64,000 nt of DNA from Gemmatimonadales bacterium (GCA_035637235.1 DASPXO010000245.1:9591-73590); one strand, 5' to 3'. Numbered from the stretch's first letter, positions 25,208-34,555 are shown. Notes: generated by a model from the letters alone, not told the origin. Numbers and translations: made by a program.

Positions 25208-26217
25208 AGCTCGCCGCCGAAGTCATCACCCTCAAAACCAGGCACCCGTTCGTCATCGCCCGCGGCGGCGAGGAGGACTATCGCGTGGTTTGGGTGCGGC
25301 TGTGCGACGGCGACGGGGTGGAAGGGTGGGGCGAGGCCGATCCGTCCAAATACTACGGCGAGACGGCGGACACGGTGCTCGCGGTGCTCGAGCGGCTGGC
25401 GCCGCACCTGCCCGCGGATCCGTTCGACCTCGAGGCGGCGGAGGCGAAGTTCGCCGCGCTCGTGCCGCGCAACGGCGCAGCCCGGGCCGCCCTGTCGGCG
25501 GCGCTGCATGACCTCGTGGGTAAGCGGTTGGGCCAGCCGCTCTGGCGGCTCTGGGGGCTCGATCCCGCCCGCGCGCCGCGGTCGTCCTTCACGATCGGGA
25601 TCGACACGCCCGACAAGGTCCGCCAGAAGGTCGCGGAGGCGTCCGCCTACGCCATCCTCAAGATCAAGCTCGGCACCGACCGCGACGAGGCGATCCTGCG
25701 CACCATCCGCGACGCCACCGACAAGCCGATCCGCGTCGACGCGAACGCGGGCTGGACGCGGGAGCGGGCCCTCGCGCTGCTCCCCCTCCTCAAGGAGTAC
25801 GGCGTCGAGTTCGTGGAGCAGCCCCTGCCGCCCGAGGACCTGGAGGGGCTCGCCGCCCTGCGCCGCCGCGGCGTCCTGCCGGTCGTCGTGGACGAGAGCT
25901 GCCTCGTGTCCGCGGACATCCCGCGCGTGGCGGGTGCGGCGGACGGGATCAACATCAAGCTCGCCAAGTGCGGCTCGCTGCGCGAGGCGCTGCGCATGAT
26001 CGCCACGGCCCGTGCCCACGGGCTGCTCGTGATGGTCGGGTGCATGATCGAGTCGTCGCTCGGCATCACGGCGGCCGCGCATTTCACGCCCCTCGTCGAT
26101 GCCGCCGATCTCGACGGCGCCGCGCTCACGGCCAATGACCCGTTCGTCGGCGCCGGGATCGATGGCGGGCGGATCCGACTCCCCGTCGAGCCGGGCCTTG
26201 GCGTCCGGCGCCGGTGA
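25198..26217 (+). CDS. Dipeptide epimerase of the enolase superfamily (L-Ala-D/L-Glu epimerase-like)
   Basis: ILKIKLG, IRVDANAGW, FVEQPL, VVVDES, INIKLAKCG and GCMIES motifs. Start chosen at the MALKL ATG (25198), overlapping the corA 3' end by 10 nt. 25180 is an alternative. Confidence 0.75.
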   Translation: MALKLAAEVITLKTRHPFVIARGGEEDYRVVWVRLCDGDGVEGWGEADPSKYYGETADTVLAVLERLAPHLPADPFDLEAAEAKFAALVPRNGAARAALSAALHDLVGKRLGQPLWRLWGLDPARAPRSSFTIGIDTPDKVRQKVAEASAYAILKIKLGTDRDEAILRTIRDATDKPIRVDANAGWTRERALALLPLLKEYGVEFVEQPLPPEDLEGLAALRRRGVLPVVVDESCLVSADIPRVAGAADGINIKLAKCGSLREALRMIATARAHGLLVMVGCMIESSLGITAAAHFTPLVDAADLDGAALTANDPFVGAGIDGGRIRLPVEPGLGVRRR

Positions 26218-26229
26218 GTGTACGTCGTT

Positions 26230-26256
26230 CCCCCTCTCCGCCATGCGGAGAGGGGG
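26230..26256 (+). terminator. Perfect 12-bp GC-rich stem-loop (ccccctctccgc-cat-gcggagaggggg) after the epimerase stop, with no T-run
   Basis: Read directly. The missing U-tract makes terminator function uncertain. Confidence 0.35.
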
Positions 26257-26284
26257 TCAGGGGGTGAGGTATAGGCGTGATCCC

Positions 26285-28516
26285 GTGACCCAGCCCGCCC
26301 GGTACGCCGGGGTGGTCCTCCCCGTTCCGGTTCGCCGCACCTACACCTACGAGATTCCCGACGGCCTCGCCGAGCGTGTGGCGCCCGGCGCGCGGGTGGT
26401 CGTGCCACTCGGGCGACGCCGGGTGGTGGGCGTCGTGGCGGCGCTGGACGTCCCCGCGCCGGACGTGGCGGCGAAGCCGATCGCGGCGGCCCCTGACGAC
26501 GAGCCCGCCTTGAGCCCGGGGCTCGTCGAGCTGGGCCGCTGGATCAGCCGGTACTACGGCACGCCGCTGGGCCTCGCCACGCGGGCGCTCCTGCCGGGGG
26601 CGTTGTGGAGCGTGCGCCGGCCGGGCGGACCCGCCGAGCAGGCGGAGCGCGTCCTGGTGCTGGCGCAGTCGCTGCCCTCGCTGCTCGAGCGCGAGCGGGC
26701 CTTCCGGCGCGCGCCCAAGCGACGCGTCGCGTACGAGGCGCTCGAAGCGCTGGGCGGCTCCGCTCCCGTACGCCACCTCGTCACGCAGCTGCGCCTTTCT
26801 CCCGCGGCGCTCGACGGTCTCGTGCGCCAGCGGTTCGCGCGCTACGCGGACGTGCCCAGGCCACGGGATCCGTTCGCCGAGCTCTCCTCGCCGCCGCCGC
26901 CCGCGCTGACGGACGCGCAGCGCGGGGTCGTCGCCGCGATCGCGGCGACGCCGCCGGACGTTCCCGTCCTGCTCCACGGCGTCACCGGCTCGGGCAAGAC
27001 GCTCGTCTATCTCGAGGTGCTGCGGGGCGTCGTGGCGGCGGGGAACGGTGCGATTCTCCTCGTCCCGGAAATCGCGCTCACTCCTCAGACGGTCGCGCGG
27101 GTGCGGGGCGTCTTCGGGGACCAGGTCGCGGTGCTGCATTCGGGGCTCTCGGACGGCGAGCGCGCCGACGCCTGGCGGGCGCTGCGCCGCGGCGAGCGGC
27201 GTGTGGCGGTTGGCCCGCGGTCCGCCGTGTTCGCCCCGGTCCAGCGGCTCGCCGCGGTCGTGGTGGACGAGGAGCACGAGCCCGGCTACAAGCAGGGGAC
27301 GGCGCCGCGCTACCACGCGCGCGACGTGGCGCTGGTGCGCGCCAAGCTCGAGCACGCGCGCGTGATTCTGGGCAGCGCCACGCCGTCGCTCGAAACGCTG
27401 GCCCTGGTGCAGGCCGGCAGCATCCGGATGTTCGGCTTGCCCGAGCGGATCGGCGCGCGGCCGCTGCCGCCGGTCGACGTCATCGATCTGCGGAGCGCGC
27501 CCCGCGCGGCGGAGGCGCGGGGGATCCCGTGGAGCGAGGCGCTCGACGAAGCGGTGCGGGGCGCGCTCTCCCGCGGTGAGCAGGTCATGCTCCTGCTCAA
27601 CCGCCGCGGCTTCGCCACCTACCTCCAGTGCCCGTCGTGCGGCGACGTGCACGAGTGCCCGCGGTGCGCCATCGCCCTCACGGTCCACCAGACGCCGCCC
27701 GCCCTGCGGTGCCACTACTGCGGCCATGAGGAGCCGATCCCGACGTCCTGCCGCGTGTGCGGCAAGGAGACCCAGCGGATGCGCGGGCTCGGCACGCAGC
27801 AGCTCGAGCACTTCGTGGCGCTGCGATTCCCCGCGGCGCGCGTGGCGCGCATGGACCTGGACACCACCAGCACCAAGTGGGCGCACCACCGCATCCTCGC
27901 GCGCATGGCGGACGGCAAAATCGACCTCCTGCTCGGCACCCAGATGATCGCGAAGGGGCTCGACTTCCCGAACGTGACCGTCGTCGGCGTGGTGGATGCG
28001 GACACGGGGCTCAACCTGCCCGACTTCCGCGCCGCCGAGCGCACCTTCCAGCTCGTGGCGCAGGTGGCCGGCCGGGCGGGCCGCGGTCCGAAGGGCGGTC
28101 GGGTGTTCGTGCAGACGCGGTCGCCGGATCATCACGCGATCCGGGCCGCCGCCGCCCACTCGGTCGCGGACTTCGCGGCGGCCGAGCTGCCGCTCCGGGC
28201 GCCGCCGCACCCGCGCTACCCGCCGCACGTCGGCTTGGCGCGCTTCGTGGCTCTGGACGAGGACCCTGCGGCCGCGGAAGGGGCGGCGGAGCGGGTCGCC
28301 GCGTGGCTCCGGCGCGCCAACGCCGAGCGACTCGCCGGCGCGCTCACGGTGCTCGGCCCCGCGCCATGCCCGATCATGCGTCTCCAGGGGCGCTGGCGCT
28401 GGCACGTGCTCGTGAAGTCGGCGGAGCCGCGGGCGATCGGGCGGGTGGTGCGGGCGTGGGGAGCGAGCGGGCCTCGCACGGTGGTGGTCGACCGCGATCC
28501 CGTGTCGCTCATGTGA
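26285..28516 (+). CDS. priA: Primosomal protein N' (replication restart helicase PriA)
   Basis: Y.Y.IP......G..V.VP.G N-terminus, Walker A GVTGSGKT, DEEHE, Cys-rich zinc region CPSCGD..ECPRC....H......L.CHYCG and CRVCG, and GTQM.AKG.DFP. Confidence 0.9.
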   Translation: MTQPARYAGVVLPVPVRRTYTYEIPDGLAERVAPGARVVVPLGRRRVVGVVAALDVPAPDVAAKPIAAAPDDEPALSPGLVELGRWISRYYGTPLGLATRALLPGALWSVRRPGGPAEQAERVLVLAQSLPSLLERERAFRRAPKRRVAYEALEALGGSAPVRHLVTQLRLSPAALDGLVRQRFARYADVPRPRDPFAELSSPPPPALTDAQRGVVAAIAATPPDVPVLLHGVTGSGKTLVYLEVLRGVVAAGNGAILLVPEIALTPQTVARVRGVFGDQVAVLHSGLSDGERADAWRALRRGERRVAVGPRSAVFAPVQRLAAVVVDEEHEPGYKQGTAPRYHARDVALVRAKLEHARVILGSATPSLETLALVQAGSIRMFGLPERIGARPLPPVDVIDLRSAPRAAEARGIPWSEALDEAVRGALSRGEQVMLLLNRRGFATYLQCPSCGDVHECPRCAIALTVHQTPPALRCHYCGHEEPIPTSCRVCGKETQRMRGLGTQQLEHFVALRFPAARVARMDLDTTSTKWAHHRILARMADGKIDLLLGTQMIAKGLDFPNVTVVGVVDADTGLNLPDFRAAERTFQLVAQVAGRAGRGPKGGRVFVQTRSPDHHAIRAAAAHSVADFAAAELPLRAPPHPRYPPHVGLARFVALDEDPAAAEGAAERVAAWLRRANAERLAGALTVLGPAPCPIMRLQGRWRWHVLVKSAEPRAIGRVVRAWGASGPRTVVVDRDPVSLM

Positions 28517-28586
28517 AGTCGTCCGCGCGCGGCGGCGAGTCCTCCGGTTGCGTGGGAGGATTCCCTTCCGGTAACTTGACCGTTCT

Positions 28587-29711
28587 GTGAGCCGGCCCCG
28601 CTTTCACTACCGACCACCCGACTTCGACGCGCCCCCCTTCGCGGGCGCTCCCGATGCGCGCTTCGAGCCCGCGCCGGCCGACGGGGTGCTTCCCGACGGC
28701 TTCTTTTCGACCACGAATCTCCCCACCTACGTCAAGGTTGCGGGGGCGTGGCGCCGGCCCCGGTTGCCACGGATGGACTGCGGCATCGTCCTGCACCCGA
28801 CCGGGGATCTCGTCGTCACCGAGCCCCGCAAGGTGACGCGAGGCCAGCGGGTCGCGGTCGGCACGGAAGAGGACGGCAGCGCGGGGATCTTCGTCCACGG
28901 CGAGGGTTTCCTGGGCGGCGGCCACAGCGCGAACGAGTTCGGTTTCATGCAAACCGAGGTGTCGCGCGAGCGGCCCGTGGACTACGGCGTGCTCGCGCAG
29001 CTGCTCGGCGAGGAGAAGCAGCGGGGTGGGACGATTCTCTGGGTGGTGGGCCCCGCGCTGGTGCACGCACGGGCGCGCGAGGACATGATCTGGTTCATCC
29101 GCAAGGGCTACGTTCAGGCGTTCCTGGGCGGGAACGCGGTGGCGGTGCACGACCTCGAAGCCGCGATCTTCGGGACGACGCTCGGCATGTCGAGCTCCGG
29201 CGAGGGAGTGGCAGGCGGCCACGCCCTGCATATGCGCGCCATCAACGCGATTCGGCGCGCCGGCGGCACGCGGGCCGCCGTGGAGCAGGGGCTGGTCACG
29301 TCGGGCATCATGCACGCGCTCGTGTCCTGCCACGTCCCGTTCGTGCTCGCCGGCTCGATCCGCGACGACGGCCCGCTCCCCGAGGTGCTCTCCGACACGC
29401 TCGCCGCCCAGGACGCGATGCGGGAGGTCACGGCATGCGCGACGTTCGCCGTGTTCGTCGCGACGGCCCTGCACGCGATCGCGGTCGGGAACATGCTGCC
29501 GGCGTTCGTGGACGCGTCCAGCCCGGACGACCTGCGGCCGCTTGCGACCATCTGCGTCGACCAGACGGAATTCGTCGTGAACAAGCTGCGGGACCGCGGC
29601 ACGCACCAGGCGTACGGCGTGGTGACGAACGCGCAGGACTTCATGCACGTCCTGCGGTTCTACACGGAGCGATGGGAGCAAGCTCGGACCCCCGCCGCCC
29701 TCCTCCGCTAG
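28587..29711 (+). CDS. TIGR00300/AgrE-ArgZ C-terminal-like protein (possible ornithine cyclodeaminase-type enzyme)
   Basis: STTN.PT.VK, MDCGIV, GPALVHA, GYVQAFLGGNAVAVHDLEAAIFGTTLG, LAGSIRDDGPLPEV, LHAIAVGNMLP and ICVDQ match my recollection of the archaeal/cyanobacterial TIGR00300 family. The N-terminal LOR/SDH-type domain seems absent. Assigned from memory only. Confidence 0.5.
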   Translation: MSRPRFHYRPPDFDAPPFAGAPDARFEPAPADGVLPDGFFSTTNLPTYVKVAGAWRRPRLPRMDCGIVLHPTGDLVVTEPRKVTRGQRVAVGTEEDGSAGIFVHGEGFLGGGHSANEFGFMQTEVSRERPVDYGVLAQLLGEEKQRGGTILWVVGPALVHARAREDMIWFIRKGYVQAFLGGNAVAVHDLEAAIFGTTLGMSSSGEGVAGGHALHMRAINAIRRAGGTRAAVEQGLVTSGIMHALVSCHVPFVLAGSIRDDGPLPEVLSDTLAAQDAMREVTACATFAVFVATALHAIAVGNMLPAFVDASSPDDLRPLATICVDQTEFVVNKLRDRGTHQAYGVVTNAQDFMHVLRFYTERWEQARTPAALLR

Positions 29712-30064
29712 AGCCGGGCCGGGGGCCGGGCTGGGCGAAGGTCGCCGAGGCGGTGGCGGCGCAGCTGCCGCCGGCCGAGATCGAGACCATCTACCTGTTC
29801 CAGCCGCTGAAGCGCGACGGCCGCGAGTGGGGCACGGCGGTGATCGCCCGCCGGGGCGTGGAGGGCGGCCGGCTGCGCGTCTATACGGCGCGCTACATGC
29901 TGGTCGTGCGCGGCAAGGAGCGCGGGCGGTCGAAGGTGGAGGTCGAAGAGACGGGGCTGTCATCCGCGGACGCCATCGCGCAGGTGATGCACGCGGTGGC
30001 GGATCGCGCCGGCGACCCTGCGGTCCCGGTCGCGGTGGGGGCCGGCGTGTGGTATGAAGCTTGA
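29672..30064 (+). CDS. Hypothetical small protein, start uncertain (ATG 29672 or GTG 29753)
   Basis: Open frame with coding-like composition between two confident genes. The 3' end overlaps the fur start by 11 nt. No motif recognised. Confidence 0.4.
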   Translation: MGASSDPRRPPPLEPGRGPGWAKVAEAVAAQLPPAEIETIYLFQPLKRDGREWGTAVIARRGVEGGRLRVYTARYMLVVRGKERGRSKVEVEETGLSSADAIAQVMHAVADRAGDPAVPVAVGAGVWYEA

Positions 30065-30518
30065 CGGCGCCAAGCTGCTGCAGCAGTTCCGCCGCTATCT
30101 CGCCGACCACAACCTGCCGGCGACGCACCAGCGCCTGGCCGTGGCGGAGGCCGTGTTCTTCGCAGCCGAGCACCTGTCGGCCGACGAGGTGGGCCGATCG
30201 GTGGTGAGGCGAGGCGTCGCGGTCGGGACCGCGACGATCTACCGGACGCTCGATCTCCTGGTCGGCGCCGGCCTCGCCAAGGAGCACGATTTCGGCGAGG
30301 GCTTCAAGCGGTACGAGCCGCTCGCGCCCGGCCAGGCGCATGAGCACTGCATCTGCTCGTCGTGCGGGAAGGTGATGGAGTTCTCGAACGACCGGCTCGA
30401 GCGGATGATCGCGCTGCTCGCAGAGGAGGTGGAGTTCCGGCCCCATCACCACCGCTTGGAGGTCTACGGGCTGTGCCGGAGCTGTCAGCAGGCGAACCCA
30501 TTGGCGCGCGCGAGGTGA
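30054..30518 (+). CDS. fur: Fur-family metalloregulator (Fur, Zur or PerR not distinguishable)
   Basis: [10 protein letters not shown] winged-helix region, H.H.C..CG and two CxxC pairs (CSSCG, CRSC). Confidence 0.88.
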   Translation: MKLDGAKLLQQFRRYLADHNLPATHQRLAVAEAVFFAAEHLSADEVGRSVVRRGVAVGTATIYRTLDLLVGAGLAKEHDFGEGFKRYEPLAPGQAHEHCICSSCGKVMEFSNDRLERMIALLAEEVEFRPHHHRLEVYGLCRSCQQANPLARAR

Positions 30519-30537
30519 CGGATTGATCGACTCACGA

Positions 30538-31083
30538 ATGTTCGTGCCTACCAAGGCCTTTCTCTCGAAGGGCGTGGGTCGGCACAAGGAAAAGCTCACG
30601 AGCTTCGAGATGGCGCTGCGCGACGCGCATTTGGCGAACTTCAACCTCGTGCGGGTGAGCTCGATCTTTCCGCCCCACTGCGAGCTGGTCGACCGCGAGG
30701 AAGGGCTGTCGATGCTCAAGCCCGGACAGGTGGTCTTCGCCGTCATCGCCGAGTCGTCGACCAACGAGCCGAGCCGGCTCGTGGCCGCGTCCATCGGCGT
30801 CGCCATGCCGGCCGATCCGACCCACCACGGCTACATCTCCGAGCACCACAGCTACGGCCAGAACGAGGTCACGGCGGGCGAGTACGCTGAGGACCTCGCC
30901 GCCTCGATGCTCGCCACCGTGCTGGGCGTGCCGTTCGACCCGGAGAAGGCGTGGGACGAGCGCCGCGAGCAGTGGCTCTTGTCGGGGGAGATCGTGCGCA
31001 CGATGAACGTCTCATCCACCGCCGAGTGCGGCGACGACGGCCGCTGGACGACCGTCCTCTCGGCGGTGTGCTTCTGCGGCTGA
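30538..31083 (+). CDS. pdaD: Pyruvoyl-dependent arginine decarboxylase
   Basis: [43 protein letters not shown] matches the PdaD N-terminal region, including the SS self-cleavage context. The TTG at 30523 is an alternative start. Confidence 0.85.
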   Translation: MFVPTKAFLSKGVGRHKEKLTSFEMALRDAHLANFNLVRVSSIFPPHCELVDREEGLSMLKPGQVVFAVIAESSTNEPSRLVAASIGVAMPADPTHHGYISEHHSYGQNEVTAGEYAEDLAASMLATVLGVPFDPEKAWDERREQWLLSGEIVRTMNVSSTAECGDDGRWTTVLSAVCFCG

Positions 31084-31089
31084 GGGCCG

Positions 31090-31809
31090 GTGAGCGGCGT
31101 CTCGCTCGCCGCGGCGTTCCAGGCGGGTCTCCTGAGCTTCCTGAGTCCCTGCGTGCTGCCCCTCGTGCCGAGTTATGTCGGATTCCTCACGGGGCTTTCG
31201 GTTGAACAGCTCGAGGTGCGGCGCGGAACGGCGCTCGCGCATGCGCTGTGGTTCGTCGCCGGGTTCTCCCTCATCTTCGTCGCGCTCGGCGCGACCGCCT
31301 CGGCCCTCGGGGCTCTGCTGCTGCACTCGCAGGTGTGGATCGGACGGATCGGCGGGGTGATCGTCATCCTGTTCGGCCTCTACCTCCTCGGTATCGTGCG
31401 GCCCGCGTTTCTGATGCGGCAACGGAAGCTCGAGCTCGCGCGCAAACCGCCGGGCTACCTGGGCTCCGCGTTCGTCGGCATCACCTTTGGGGCGGCGTGG
31501 ACGCCCTGCATCGGTCCCATCCTGGGCGCGATCCTGACGCTGGCCGCCGCGCAGGCGAGCGTGGCGCAGGGCACGACGCTGCTCGCCGTCTACGCCCTCG
31601 GCCTCGCCGTGCCCTTCGTCCTGACGGCGCTCGCGCTCGACCGCTTCCTTGCGTGGTTCCAGCGGTTCCGGCCCTACATCGCGTGGGTGGACCGGATCGC
31701 CGGCGGGCTGCTCATCGTTCTGGGAATCCTCCTGGTCACCGACCGGTTCACGCTGCTCGCGGGCTGGCTCCAGGGGCTGACGCCGGACTTTCTGAAGAGC
31801 CGGCTGTAG
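31090..31809 (+). CDS. ccdA: Cytochrome c biogenesis thiol-disulfide transporter CcdA (DsbD-family core)
   Basis: FLSPCVLPLVP and TPCIGPILG motifs. About six TM segments. GTG start. Confidence 0.9.
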   Translation: MSGVSLAAAFQAGLLSFLSPCVLPLVPSYVGFLTGLSVEQLEVRRGTALAHALWFVAGFSLIFVALGATASALGALLLHSQVWIGRIGGVIVILFGLYLLGIVRPAFLMRQRKLELARKPPGYLGSAFVGITFGAAWTPCIGPILGAILTLAAAQASVAQGTTLLAVYALGLAVPFVLTALALDRFLAWFQRFRPYIAWVDRIAGGLLIVLGILLVTDRFTLLAGWLQGLTPDFLKSRL

Positions 31810-31818
31810 TCGGGCGGT

Positions 31819-31864
31819 CAGGCGGACGGCAGGACAGGGGTCCGCCTGTCCCCCCGTCCGCCTG
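31819..31864 (+). terminator. 20-bp (18 paired) hairpin built from CAGGCGGA / TCCGCCTG octamer units, followed by a T-containing tail
   Basis: caggcggacggcaggacagg-ggtccg-cctgtccccccgtccgcctg begins 10 nt after the ccdA stop. An extra tccgcctg copy and TTATATT follow. Confidence 0.55.
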
Positions 31865-31884
31865 TCCGCCTGTTATATTGGGTC

Positions 31885-31916
31885 CGAGCGATCCGAATCA
31901 CTTCGAGCGATCCGAA
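31885..31916. repeat. Direct 13-bp repeat CGAGCGATCCGAA x2 (19-bp period) just upstream of the lipoprotein gene
   Basis: Copies at 31885-31897 and 31904-31916, read directly. The second copy ends 15 nt before the ATG. Confidence 0.7.
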
Positions 31917-31931
31917 AAGAGAGGCGCAAAC

Positions 31932-32714
31932 ATGATCCGCTATACCCTGGTGCCGATCGCCGCCGCCGCGTTGTTGGCGTGCGCGAAGGGCGAGCAGGCG
32001 AGCCAGTCGGAGGACGCGACCGCGCGGAACCTGGCGCTGGCCCCGACCGAATCGACGGCGGCGCTGAGGGACGTGCCGCCCCCGCCCGCGCCGTCCCCGA
32101 CCCCGAGGCCTGCGCCCCGGACGCGGACGCCCCAGCCGGTGAGTCCCGCCCCGGCCAGATCCACGACTCCCGCGTCGTCGGCGACCTTGACCGTCGGGGC
32201 GGGGACCAGAGTCTCCCTGGCGGCGAGCGACACCATCACCACGCGGCACGTCAAAGCCGGCGACCCCTTCACCGCCACGGTGAGTCAGGACGTGAGGGAC
32301 GCCGCCGGGCGGGTGGTGATCCCGGCGGGCTCCACGGTGCAGGGCGCGATCGTCGCGGCGGAGCCTGCGCCCAACCCCAGCTCGAGCGGGAAGCTCGAGC
32401 TCGCGGTGACGAGCGTGTCGGTCCGCGGGACGAGCTACCCCGTCGAGGCCACAGTGGAGGGGAAGGACACGGTGATGCAGGGGCGCGGCGTGACGGGGGC
32501 CGACGCCGCGAAAGTGGGCGTGGGCGCCGCGGCCGGCGCCCTCGCCGGGAGGCTGCTCGGCAAGAATACCAAGGGTGCCGTGGTCGGCGGGGCGGTGGGC
32601 GCCGCCGCCGGCGCGGCCGCCGCACGGGTCTCGCGCGACATCGACGTGGTGCTGCCCAAGGGTGCCGCGATCACCATCAAGCTGGCGAAGTCGCTGACGG
32701 TGAAACGGATGTGA
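31932..32714 (+). CDS. Lipoprotein with a proline-rich linker and a C-terminal glycine-zipper segment
   Basis: Signal and lipobox IAAAALLAC, PPPPAPSPTPRPAPRTRTP linker, GVGAAAGALAGRLLG..GAVVGGAVGAAAGAAAA glycine zipper. AAGAGAGG Shine-Dalgarno upstream. Confidence 0.65.
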   Translation: MIRYTLVPIAAAALLACAKGEQASQSEDATARNLALAPTESTAALRDVPPPPAPSPTPRPAPRTRTPQPVSPAPARSTTPASSATLTVGAGTRVSLAASDTITTRHVKAGDPFTATVSQDVRDAAGRVVIPAGSTVQGAIVAAEPAPNPSSSGKLELAVTSVSVRGTSYPVEATVEGKDTVMQGRGVTGADAAKVGVGAAAGALAGRLLGKNTKGAVVGGAVGAAAGAAAARVSRDIDVVLPKGAAITIKLAKSLTVKRM

Positions 32715-32738
32715 CGTAGGGACACCGTCGCCGGTGCC

Positions 32739-34490
32739 TCAATATCCGGCCGCACCGCCGCTGCGTCTCGGATCCGCCACGCCGATCCAGCCGGCGGCGG
32801 TTCGTTCGATGGCCGCGATGTTGCCCATGCTGTCCCGCTCGCGCAGCTCGTAGCCCATGGCGCGCAGCCCGTCGACGGTGCCCGGCGGCAATCCGTCGCG
32901 CTCGTAGAAGACCACGTCCGGCAGCGCCTGCTGGTGGACGCGCGGTGCGGCCACCGCGTCGGGCAGCGACATCCCGTGATCCACCACGTTCACGATCACC
33001 TGGTACACGCTGTTGATGATGGTTGGCCCGCCCGGCGTGCCCAGCACCATGAAGAGCTTGCCGTCGCGGTCGAGCACGATGGACGGGGTCATGGCCGACA
33101 GCATGCGCTTGCGCGGCCGGATGGCGTTCGCGTCGCCCTGGACGAGCCCGTACATGTTGGGCTTCCCGGGCGCCGTGGTGAAGTCGTCCATCTCGTTGTT
33201 GAGGAGGAATCCCGCGCCCGTCACGGTGACGGCGCTTCCGAAGCCGCCGTTCAGGGTCGTGGTGACGGCGGCCGCGTTGCCGTCGGCGTCGACGATCGAG
33301 TAATGCGTGGTGTGCGCGCCCTCGGTGCCCGTGACGGCGGCCGGCGGCGTGGGCGTGGCACGGTCGGGGAGGATCTGTGCCCGCAGCCGGGCCGCGTACG
33401 ACTTGGACAGGAGCCGCTCGATCGGCATATCCACGAAATCCGGGTCGCCCAGCCAGCGGTTCCGGTCGATGAAGGCGCGCCGCATCGCCTCGGCCTCGAG
33501 ATGCACGTAGGGCGCGCTGCCAAACGGGGGAAGCGTGTCGTATCCCTCCATGATGTTCAGGATCTCGCCCATCGTGACGCCGCCCGAGCTCGCGGGAGGC
33601 ATCGAGTAAATCGTGTAGCCGCGGTAGCTGAGCCCCACCGGGGTCCGCCACTTCGGCCGGTAGCGCTTCAGGTCGTCCTTCGTGATCAGCCCGTGGCCGC
33701 GCCGCATCTCGGCGACGACGAGGTCGGCGATCTGCCCGCTGTAGAACACGGTCGGGCCCGAGTCGGCGATGAGCTGGAGGGTGCGCGCCAGGTCGGGCTG
33801 GCGAAACGCCGTGCCGGGCGGCGGCGCGCGGCCGTCCGTGAGGAACTGCAGCGCCGACGCGGGGAACAGCGCCAGTCGCCCGGCGTCCTCGTCGATCGCG
33901 AGGCTGCGCGCGGAGTCGAGGGTGTGCTCGCGCGCGAGTCGGATCGCGGGAGCGAGCAACGCGGCCCACGGCAGGCGTCCGTGGCGCCGCCACGCCGCGT
34001 ACATCCCCGCGACGCTGCCGGGCACCCCCGCCGCGAGATGGCCGGTGACGCTCTGCGCGCTGGGCTGCCCGCTCGAGTCGACGTACATGTCCGGAGTCGC
34101 CGTCCCGGGGGCCGTCTCGCGGTAGTCGAGCGCGTCCACTCTGCCGGCCGAGTCCCGGTACACGAGGAACCCGCCGCCGCCGATGTTACCGGCCTCGGGG
34201 AGGACGGCGGTGAGCGCGAACCCGACCGCCACCACGGCGTCGACCGCGTTCCCGCCCAGCGTGAGGATCTCGATCCCGGCCTCGCTCGCGAGCGGATGGC
34301 CGGACACCACGATCGCCTGCCGGGCCGTGACCGGGATGCTCCTCCCGGACAGCGGCCACGTGTCGGGGATGATGGGCCGGCCCGTGACGACGGCGTCGGC
34401 GGACGGGGGCGGCGCCGGCGCGGTTTTCCGTGGCTGGACGCCGCCGCAGGCCGTGAGCAGCGCGAGCGCGGGGAGGGTCGGCGGGCGCAT
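32739..34490 (-). CDS. ggt: Gamma-glutamyltranspeptidase
   Basis: GGGGF, TTHYSIVD (autocleavage Thr), TLNGGFGS, MDDF, PGKPN and GTPGG motifs. Lipoprotein-like signal LALLTAC. ATG at 34490 preferred over the TTG at 34496. Confidence 0.93.
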   Translation of the reverse strand: MRPPTLPALALLTACGGVQPRKTAPAPPPSADAVVTGRPIIPDTWPLSGRSIPVTARQAIVVSGHPLASEAGIEILTLGGNAVDAVVAVGFALTAVLPEAGNIGGGGFLVYRDSAGRVDALDYRETAPGTATPDMYVDSSGQPSAQSVTGHLAAGVPGSVAGMYAAWRRHGRLPWAALLAPAIRLAREHTLDSARSLAIDEDAGRLALFPASALQFLTDGRAPPPGTAFRQPDLARTLQLIADSGPTVFYSGQIADLVVAEMRRGHGLITKDDLKRYRPKWRTPVGLSYRGYTIYSMPPASSGGVTMGEILNIMEGYDTLPPFGSAPYVHLEAEAMRRAFIDRNRWLGDPDFVDMPIERLLSKSYAARLRAQILPDRATPTPPAAVTGTEGAHTTHYSIVDADGNAAAVTTTLNGGFGSAVTVTGAGFLLNNEMDDFTTAPGKPNMYGLVQGDANAIRPRKRMLSAMTPSIVLDRDGKLFMVLGTPGGPTIINSVYQVIVNVVDHGMSLPDAVAAPRVHQQALPDVVFYERDGLPPGTVDGLRAMGYELRERDSMGNIAAIERTAAGWIGVADPRRSGGAAGY

Positions 34491-34502
34491 GCTCAATTGT
34501 GC

Positions 34503-34528
34503 ACGTTGACCCGAGTTCGGGTCAACGT
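34503..34528. promoter_or_regulatory. Perfect 26-bp palindrome ACGTTGACCCGA-GT-TCGGGTCAACGT in the 65-bp ggt/murQ divergent gap
   Basis: Read directly. Each arm carries an outward-facing TTGACC hexamer. TAACTT lies 18 nt downstream on the murQ side and CACAAT 18 nt downstream on the ggt side. Confidence 0.6.
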
Positions 34529-34555
34529 CTAACTTGGGGCCACCCCGACCTCCTC

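Noticed and set aside
28517-30053. Fur-box-like operator near the fur-containing cluster.
   Set aside because: No AT-rich 19-bp GATAATGATAATCATTATC-like sequence is visible in the upstream gaps. Nothing to report.
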